Shown here one piece after another: positions 57,371 to 64,000 of a stretch of 64,000 nucleotides of DNA (within the stretch, counting starts at the first letter, position 1; each line of letters begins with the position of its first letter). The translations under genes were made by a program, and so were the position numbers. The notes below the pieces were generated by a model. The model saw only the letters and a program-made list of their open reading frames with translations. It ran no database searches and was not told the DNA's origin. This stretch comes from Myxococcota bacterium (GTDB lineage Bacteria; Myxococcota_A; UBA9160; UBA4427). The stretch is taken from assembly GCA_965250285.1 (NCBI GenBank), contig OZ252299.1, positions 2,112,001 to 2,176,000 on the forward strand, read 5' to 3'.

Positions 57371-57414
57371 GTCTCGTCGGGTCTCGTCGGGTCTCGTCGG
57401 GTCTCGTCGGGTCT
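57371..57414. repeat. Perfect 10-bp tandem repeat (GTCTCGTCGG)x4 plus partial
   Basis: Directly visible, in a divergent intergenic region. Confidence 0.95.
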
Positions 57415-57635
57415 GAGGCAGCCGTCCCGCGCGGCGACCCCGCCGCGGGCGCCCCGAGTATACCGGTCCCTCGCGCGGCGCTGCTGCTGCCAACTGCTGT
57501 CAGCTCGGTCGGCCGCACGCGCGCCGCGCCGCCCCGCCCCGAGCCCCGCTGGCATCGAAGGGGGCGCGGCCAACGGCGATCGCCGTCGGCCCGCCTGCCC
57601 CACGCTCTCGCATCCCCAAGCCGGAGGAGTCCACC

Positions 57636-58271
57636 ATGCCCATCCTGCACGGCGCCAACGCATCGCCCTTCGTACGCAAGGTGCGCGTCGCCCTCGCCCA
57701 CAAGCACATCGAGCACGAGCACATCCAGGTCGTGCCGTTCGGCGTGAGCGACGAGTACAAGAAGCTGAGTCCACTCGGAAAGATCCCCTGCTACGAGGAC
57801 GGCGATCTCGTGCTGCCCGACTCGTCGGTGATCTGCCAGTACCTCGAGATGGTGCAGCCGACGCCGGCGCTCTACCCCAACGAGCCCGGCCCGCTCGCCC
57901 GCGCACTCTGGTACGAGGAGCACGCCGACACCCGGGTGGTCGAGGCCTGCTCGACGATCTTCTTCCAGCGCTACGTCCGCCCGAACTTCTTCCAGCAGGA
58001 TCCCGACGAAGATCTGATCAAGCAGTCGCTCGAGACGAAGCTGCCGATCGTGCTCGACTATCTCACCGAAGAGCTCGGCGACCGCGACTTCCTCATCGGC
58101 GATCAGATGACCATCGCCGACGTCGCCACCGCGAGCCCCTTCGTCAACATGGAGCTCGGCGGTGAGAAGCCCGACGCGCAACGCTGGCCGGTCGCGGCCG
58201 CGTACATCGAGCGCGTGCTCGGCCAGCCAGCGTTCAAGCCGATCTACGAAGAAGACCTCGGGCGCGGCTGA
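57636..58271 (+). CDS. Glutathione S-transferase family protein
   Basis: SPFVRKV, SPLGKIP, DSSVICQYL, TIAD; GGAGGAG RBS. Confidence 0.93.
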   Translation: MPILHGANASPFVRKVRVALAHKHIEHEHIQVVPFGVSDEYKKLSPLGKIPCYEDGDLVLPDSSVICQYLEMVQPTPALYPNEPGPLARALWYEEHADTRVVEACSTIFFQRYVRPNFFQQDPDEDLIKQSLETKLPIVLDYLTEELGDRDFLIGDQMTIADVATASPFVNMELGGEKPDAQRWPVAAAYIERVLGQPAFKPIYEEDLGRG

Positions 58272-59048
58272 TCAGGCCGCAGCGTGGGCGGCCCGGCGAA
58301 ACACGCGGGTCGCCCACTCGAGGCCGTGGTCGTCGTGCGACTCGGTGCGGATCGGCGTACCGAGCGTCGCCGTGATCGCAGCCCACGACACGAACGCGCC
58401 GACGCGATCACGCGCCGCGAGCTCGGGCGCACGACACGCGCTCAGCCAAAGCTCGTCCACGAGGCCAGCACCCTCGTAGAGCGTCTGCGTCGTGTGGGCA
58501 CCGGCTTCGACGAGCACGCTGCGCGCGCCACGCACGCTCTGCAGATGGGCGATCAGAGAAGCGGCGCTCGGCGCGGCGTCTTCGACGACGATCGCGTGGG
58601 GCGGCGTCGCGGGATCGGCGCGCAGCCGCCCGGCGCCCGCGGCGCCCGAATAGAGGATCAAGCGCTCGGCGGCGGCGAGCGCCGGGTGCCCGGCCGGCAG
58701 ATCGCCGCTGCCGGTCAGCACGGCCACCCAGGGCGGCCCGTCGAGGCCCAGCGCGCGACGCCACGCACCGAGGCTGCCGGTCACGTCGGGGGCGGCGATC
58801 GAGCCGTGCACGAGCTCGGGCTCGTCGCGCAGGATGCGCCCGGTCGTCAGAATCGCGTCGGCGCGGGCCCGCGCGCCCGAGAGCACCACCGCGTCGCTGT
58901 CGCTGCGAGGTGCCCCCTCGCCCACGCGCAGCGTCTCGAGCGCACCGGCGGGCGGCTCCCAGACCGCCGCGACGTGCAGCACGCCGGCTGGATCGCACGG
59001 GACGTCGCCGACCCAGCGCGCAAGCTCGGGGGGCGTCGCGACGCTCAC
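58272..59048 (-). CDS. RibD C-terminal/dihydrofolate reductase-family protein
   Basis: RARADAIL.G..LR.EP, VLTGSG, VLVEAG, GLVDEL. Confidence 0.78.
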   Translation of the reverse strand: MSVATPPELARWVGDVPCDPAGVLHVAAVWEPPAGALETLRVGEGAPRSDSDAVVLSGARARADAILTTGRILRDEPELVHGSIAAPDVTGSLGAWRRALGLDGPPWVAVLTGSGDLPAGHPALAAAERLILYSGAAGAGRLRADPATPPHAIVVEDAAPSAASLIAHLQSVRGARSVLVEAGAHTTQTLYEGAGLVDELWLSACRAPELAARDRVGAFVSWAAITATLGTPIRTESHDDHGLEWATRVFRRAAHAAA

Positions 59049-59078
59049 CGCGGCTCCCGGGACGCCTCGAACGGGGCC

Positions 59079-59876
59079 TCAGGCACGGGCGGCAGACGCC
59101 TGCAGTCGCTCGCGAAAGAACGCCAGCGTGCGGTCGAGGGCCGCCTTCGTCGGGTGGCCCTCGCGATCGACGAGATCTTCGGTGAGCACGCTGTGCGCGG
59201 TGCCCGGGATGTCGTCGGCGTTGCCCTTCGACGAGTCGATCTCGATCGCCTCGAAGCCCTCACCCAGCTCGTCGCGCAGGCGCTCGAAGCGCTCGGCCGG
59301 GACCAGCGGGTCGCCGGTGAAGCGCAGCCCCAGCACGCACTGGCCCTCCTGGCACACGCGACGCTTGACCACGGCGAGATCGTCGTCGGAGATGTGCAAC
59401 CCCCGGCGACGTTCGGCCCCGATCGGGAACGGCAGCGAAGGCTGCGAAAGCACCGGAGCCATCACGCAGTCATCCACCATCAAGCTGAGCGCGAAGTTGC
59501 CCGTGAGGCACATCCCGACGGCACCGACCCCCGGCCCGCCGAGTTCACCGTGCACGTCGCGACAGAGCGCCCGAAGCCAGTCGGTGATCGGGCTGCTGCC
59601 ACGCGAGGCCAGCACATGAAACTCGCGGCTGATGCACGCGCGCGCGATCTGCGAGAGGGCGTAGCCGGGCGTCACCGGCTTCATCACCTCGCCGAACAGA
59701 TCGGGCATGACGGCCGTGAACCCCACATCGGCCACCCGTCGCCCGAACTCGGCCACGGTGGGGTGGAGGCCGGGCACCTCGTGCATGATCACCACGCCCG
59801 GCCCCGATCCAGCGCGGTACAGTGCCCGCGTCTGGCCGCCGAACGTGAACTCACCGCGGTCGAATCCCTCGATCAT
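59079..59876 (-). CDS. Dienelactone hydrolase family protein
   Basis: HEVPG, PDLFG, GMCLTG nucleophile elbow, HSVLT. Confidence 0.88.
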   Translation of the reverse strand: MIEGFDRGEFTFGGQTRALYRAGSGPGVVIMHEVPGLHPTVAEFGRRVADVGFTAVMPDLFGEVMKPVTPGYALSQIARACISREFHVLASRGSSPITDWLRALCRDVHGELGGPGVGAVGMCLTGNFALSLMVDDCVMAPVLSQPSLPFPIGAERRRGLHISDDDLAVVKRRVCQEGQCVLGLRFTGDPLVPAERFERLRDELGEGFEAIEIDSSKGNADDIPGTAHSVLTEDLVDREGHPTKAALDRTLAFFRERLQASAARA

Positions 59877-59886
59877 GGACGTGAAT

Positions 59887-60483
59887 ATGTTCGAAGCCCA
59901 GGGACTCGTAAAGCCGCTCTTCTGGGTCGTCGCGTTGCAGGCGCTCTTCTACGTGATCGTGCTGCGGCCCTGGCGCGTGCGCGACCTCGCGCGCGCGCTG
60001 TCGCCCGGCATCGATCTGTTCGCGGTGCTCCTGGTGTTGCTTGCGATCCTCGCCCTCGGTACGCCCGAGCCGTTCGATCGCGCGGCGGCCTGGCTGATCG
60101 AGCGCACCTCATTGCCCGACAGCATCGCGATGATCGACATCGAGCTCGCCGAGCTCGAACAGCTGCCCGAGCGGCTCTGGGCCGAGCTCAAGGCCACGTT
60201 CGGCTTCGATGGCCCGGCGCCGCCCGCTGGCCCCCCGATGCTGCTCGAGCGGCCAGGGGCGGTCGAAGCGGCCGTCGTCGGTGCCGTCGAAGAGGTCGTG
60301 TCGATCGTGATGCGCGCCTACGTGTATCTGACCTGCGTCGTGACGCTGTGGCTCGCGGCGCTGGTTCGGATCTTCATGCGGAGCGTGACCGCGCGGCTGT
60401 TGCGCGACGAGCGCCTGCTGAGCGCGGTCGCGGGCGGCGGCGGCGCAGCAGCGTCCCCGGCGCCCGAGGGCGCGGACGGCTGA
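59887..60483 (+). CDS. Hypothetical membrane protein (3 TM); alternative start 59875
   Basis: Hydrophobic segments and GC3-biased codons; no recognised motif. Confidence 0.65.
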   Translation: MFEAQGLVKPLFWVVALQALFYVIVLRPWRVRDLARALSPGIDLFAVLLVLLAILALGTPEPFDRAAAWLIERTSLPDSIAMIDIELAELEQLPERLWAELKATFGFDGPAPPAGPPMLLERPGAVEAAVVGAVEEVVSIVMRAYVYLTCVVTLWLAALVRIFMRSVTARLLRDERLLSAVAGGGGAAASPAPEGADG

Positions 60484-60501
60484 AGGAAGCGCCGGGTCGA
60501 A

Positions 60502-61899
60502 TCAGCGCTGCCCGTTGAGCAGCTCGGTCAGCAGGACCGCGCTGGCCCGGACGCCCGTCTCGATCGATCGCTCGGCATCGGGCGCGAAGCGGCTCGAGTG
60601 CAGCGCGGGCAGCGGCGCGCCGCCCGGCTGTCGGCTCTCTTCCCAAGCCGCGGGCGGCGCGGCCCCGAGCCGGAACAGCAGGCTCGGCACACCGAGGGCT
60701 CGGCCGTAGCGCCCGAAGTCTTCGCCCCCCATCGACGGCAGCCGCTCGGTGACGCGCTCGGCCCCGAAGGCCTGGGCGAAGAGCTTCATCGCCTCGGCGC
60801 TGAGTGCCGGGTCGTTGTAGACCGCCGGCGTGTAGTGCTCGCGGATCGAGATCGCGGGCGGCTTCGTGCAGCGGTGGGCCTCGCAGACGCCCTCGGCCAC
60901 GTCGCGAATGCCATCCAGCAAGCGGGCCCGAACCTCGTCCGTGTACGAACGCACCGTCAGCTTGAGATGTGCTTCGTCAGGGATCACGTTGTGCTTCGAG
61001 CCAGCCTGGAACGAACCGACCGTGATGACGCCCGGCGCCCGCGGCGAGATGCGGCGACTGACGACGGTCTGCACGGCCGTCACGAAGGCCGCGCCCGCCA
61101 CGATGGGATCGACCGCCTGGTGGGGCCTCGCGCCATGCCCGCCCCGCCCGAAGAAGGTGATGTCGACCGCGTCGACGTTCGCCATGGCCCAGCCCGGCGT
61201 CAGACCGACCCAGCCGGCCGGCAGCGAAGACTCGACGTGGAGCGCGAGTGAGTAGTCCGGCTTCGGAAACCGCTCGAAGAGTCCGTCGTCGATCATCGCG
61301 AGCGCGCCGCGCCCGAGCTCTTCGGCGGGCTGCGCCACGAGCACGAGGGTGCCGCGCCACGTCTTGCGATGCGCGGCCATGTACTCCCCGATCGCGATCA
61401 GGTGCGTCGTATGGACGTCATGACCGCAGGCGTGCATCACGCCGACCTCGCCGACGCCGTCGACCGTGGCCGTGACTTCGCTCGCCCAGGGCAACCCGGT
61501 CTCCTCGGTGACCGGCAACGCGTCCATGTCGCCGCGAAACAGGACGACGGGGCCGGGGCCGTTCTCGAGCACCGCGACCACGCCGTGCCCGCCGACCTCC
61601 TCGGTCACCTCGTAGCCGGCCGCGCGCAGGTGCTTGGCGACCAGCGCGGCGGTCTCGACTTCGTGGAGGGAGAGCTCGGGATTCGCGTGGAGCGTGCGGT
61701 ACGTCTCGACGAAGCCCGCGAGCCGAGGCTCGACCCAACGCCCCACCCGATCCTGCGTGCGGGCGACGCCGTCGGCCGAAACGGCGGGGGCGGCCGCGAT
61801 CCCGAAGGCCGCGACGAGCCCCAGCGTTTTGCCCCACCGCGCGAGGCGGGATCGCCGGGCCGCGCCTGCTCGCCGCCGGGTGCGGTCTGGACCGTGCAT
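60502..61899 (-). CDS. M20 family amidohydrolase with signal peptide
   Basis: LHANPELS.E, RGDMDALP, MHACGHD.H, QPAEE, GGHG..P, EDF. Confidence 0.94.
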   Translation of the reverse strand: MHGPDRTRRRAGAARRSRLARWGKTLGLVAAFGIAAAPAVSADGVARTQDRVGRWVEPRLAGFVETYRTLHANPELSLHEVETAALVAKHLRAAGYEVTEEVGGHGVVAVLENGPGPVVLFRGDMDALPVTEETGLPWASEVTATVDGVGEVGVMHACGHDVHTTHLIAIGEYMAAHRKTWRGTLVLVAQPAEELGRGALAMIDDGLFERFPKPDYSLALHVESSLPAGWVGLTPGWAMANVDAVDITFFGRGGHGARPHQAVDPIVAGAAFVTAVQTVVSRRISPRAPGVITVGSFQAGSKHNVIPDEAHLKLTVRSYTDEVRARLLDGIRDVAEGVCEAHRCTKPPAISIREHYTPAVYNDPALSAEAMKLFAQAFGAERVTERLPSMGGEDFGRYGRALGVPSLLFRLGAAPPAAWEESRQPGGAPLPALHSSRFAPDAERSIETGVRASAVLLTELLNGQR

Positions 61900-62110
61900 G
61901 GCGGATCCTCATCGACGTCGTGCGGGCCCTGCCCCGCGCGCCGGCCCCTCAGCATGGAGAGCCTGGGGCGCGCCGTCCACTCCCGCGGCCCGCCCCGCCG
62001 TCACCGCCGAAGCGCACCGTGTTCGGGCGCCGCCCCGGGGCGATCGCGACCGAGCCGACTTCGGTCCCGCGAACCGGCCCCGCCGCGTCGCGCGGCTATG
62101 CTGCGCCGCC

Positions 62111-62482
62111 ATGGAGCAGTCGACCGCCGTGCACCATGCCGTCGCGCGCGACGACGCCCTCGCCGAGGGGGCGGTGCTCGCGTGCGAGGCCGATGGGCGC
62201 GAGATCGCGCTCTGCCGCGTCGAGGGGGCGATCTACGCCGTCGCGCTGCGCTGCTCGCACGCCGCCTGGCCCATGAAGGACGGGCCGCTCGAAGGCTGTG
62301 AGCTGGTCTGTGTGGCGCACGGCGCGCGCTTCGACGTGCGCGACGGTCATCCGACCGCCGGCCCGGCCGAACGTCCCCTCGACACCTGGCCCACCCGGCT
62401 CCGCGACGGATGGATCGAGGTGGCTCTCCCACCGCGCCGCCGCCCCACGAGACCGGTCGCGGACGAGTCGGGGCGCGCCTAA
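62111..62482 (+). CDS. Rieske [2Fe-2S] ferredoxin
   Basis: CSH...CVAHGARFD..G....PA. Confidence 0.88.
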   Translation: MEQSTAVHHAVARDDALAEGAVLACEADGREIALCRVEGAIYAVALRCSHAAWPMKDGPLEGCELVCVAHGARFDVRDGHPTAGPAERPLDTWPTRLRDGWIEVALPPRRRPTRPVADESGRA

Positions 62483-62518
62483 GCTACCGCCGCCCCGAGA
62501 GAACCGAGGTCTCCCTCC

Positions 62519-63691
62519 ATGCCGCCCGCCGCCGCGCCCAAGCGCCCCGCCCACCCCGCCCGCACCCGGGCGATCATCCTCAGCGCCCATCTCGTCCTCG
62601 TGGCTCTGCTCGCTGTCGGCTGCCGCTCGCTGTTTCGCGACGACCCCGAAACGACGACGGTGCCGCCGCGCACCGCCAAGAGCGCGGCGATCACACCCAC
62701 GACGACCACCGGTGAAGAGACCTGGTCGGCGCTGGCGAACGCGGCCCAGGACGCCATGCAGCGCGGCGAGCTCGAGGCTTCCGAAGAGCTCTACCTCTCG
62801 TGCATGGCGGCCACCGAATCGTTCGCCGACCTCGACGTGCGGCGCCGCGCCTCGCTCGCGATTCCGTCGCGCCTCGCCGAGCGATACCAGGCCGCGGGCG
62901 ACTGGGAGGGCGCAGCGCGCATCACCAACGCGGTCCTCGCCGAGGCTCAGGGCGGCATGGCATTCCCGCTGGAGGCGTGGGCCGAAGCGTTGCTCACGCG
63001 CCTCGAGATCGAGCGCATCCAGGAAGGGCCCGAGGCCGAGCTCGAGACCGCGCAGCAGATCGCCGAGATCCATTTCGGCCCCGCCGACGAGGCGACGATC
63101 GGCGAGATCACGCTTCGCCAGGCCGTGGGTCGCCTGCTCGCCGCCCACGAGGACGACGCCGCTGCCGCCGCGCAGCTCGGCTGGGCCGCGCGGGCCGCCG
63201 AGCACGTCCTGCGCATCGACATCGCCGACCGCCTCGCGCTGCTCTTCGAGGCGGCCGCGCTCTCGCAGCGAGCCGGCGACCTGACAACGGCCGACTTCTT
63301 GCTGCGCGAGGCGGTCGAGCTGGCCCAGCGTTCCGCCCCCGGCACACTGGTCGAAGGGTCGGCGCTCAATCAACGAGGCTGGTTCCTCGTCGAGCAGGGC
63401 CGTCCGCACGCGGCGCTCGTGCCCCTCGAACAAGCGGCGGACATCGCACGAAGCACCGACGAAGACGCGGTCCTGCGCGCGGCGATCTTCGACTCGCTGG
63501 CGGTTGCGCTGCACCGGGATGGTCGTCTCGAGGACGCGTCGAAGGCGCTCGACGAAGCCATGCGCGCGCGGGACGAGGCCACGCCCGAGCAGCGCGCCGC
63601 GCTCTCGATGCTCGACGCGCATCGCGCGTCCCTCGACCACGACCTGGGCGCGGCCGACGCGAACGCGGCCGATGCCGACGCCGGCTCCTAG
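62519..63691 (+). CDS. TPR-like helical lipoprotein
   Basis: LAVG-C lipobox; helical repeats such as ALNQRGWFLVEQGR..AAL..LEQA. Confidence 0.7.
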   Translation: MPPAAAPKRPAHPARTRAIILSAHLVLVALLAVGCRSLFRDDPETTTVPPRTAKSAAITPTTTTGEETWSALANAAQDAMQRGELEASEELYLSCMAATESFADLDVRRRASLAIPSRLAERYQAAGDWEGAARITNAVLAEAQGGMAFPLEAWAEALLTRLEIERIQEGPEAELETAQQIAEIHFGPADEATIGEITLRQAVGRLLAAHEDDAAAAAQLGWAARAAEHVLRIDIADRLALLFEAAALSQRAGDLTTADFLLREAVELAQRSAPGTLVEGSALNQRGWFLVEQGRPHAALVPLEQAADIARSTDEDAVLRAAIFDSLAVALHRDGRLEDASKALDEAMRARDEATPEQRAALSMLDAHRASLDHDLGAADANAADADAGS

Positions 63692-64000
63692 CCGACCTCG
63701 AAGACCACCGACTCGTAGACACCGAATCGCCGCTCGGCGACGCAGTGCCCGCCCCGCGCGGTGAGTCGCGCGCGGTAGTCATAGATCGGGTGGAGCGCCG
63801 CCAGACCGAGCCCCCAGGCCGCCCACAAGAGCGGTCGATAGTGCAGCTCGAAGAGCACGCGCTCGGTGCGGCTGCGCGGGGGGGCAAAGTCGGCGATCGC
63901 GATCCGGCCCCCGGGCGCGAGCAGAGCCAGAGCGTGACCGAGCACCGCGTCGAGCTCGGCCTCGCTGAACACGTTCAGAAAGAAGTTGAGCGCGAGCACG
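63688..64000 (-). CDS. Class I SAM-dependent methyltransferase, 3' part (runs off window)
   Basis: FFLNVF...LLAPGGRIAIADF. Confidence 0.7.
   Translation of the reverse strand, partial: VLALNFFLNVFSEAELDAVLGHALALLAPGGRIAIADFAPPRSRTERVLFELHYRPLLWAAWGLGLAALHPIYDYRARLTARGGHCVAERRFGVYESVVFEVG

Overview
High-GC (~70%) bacterial chromosomal window; gene content and style suggest Myxococcota or a related deltaproteobacterial lineage (inference only). About 55 CDSs; no rRNA, tRNA, CRISPR or recognisable mobile element. Housekeeping genes (purA, serA, aroA, tal, rpiA, pcm, alkA, ygiQ-like radical SAM, RlmD-like methyltransferase) are interspersed with accessory loci. The standout is a tight four-gene operon at 4218-9049: a eukaryote-type sterol C-24 methyltransferase, a geranylgeranyl-reductase-family flavoprotein, a Neverland/DAF-36-like Rieske oxygenase and a three-His-box membrane desaturase. 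Together they look like a bacterial sterol-remodelling module that could, hypothetically, make ergosterol-type 24-alkyl sterols. Second is a five-gene redox operon at 36038-40950: single-domain globin, NirB-like flavoprotein/[2Fe-2S]/4-His membrane fusion, 11-heme cytochrome c, DUF3365 heme lipoprotein and cytochrome c5. Also notable: an ExbB/ExbD/TonB-like set next to a 1098-aa secreted protein with ~38 DxxxDG repeats, a glycine-rich repeat lipoprotein, a half-sized beta-barrel paralog, and in-frame 39-bp copies of a gene's 3' end that differ only at synonymous sites. All functional calls come from motif recognition, not database searches.
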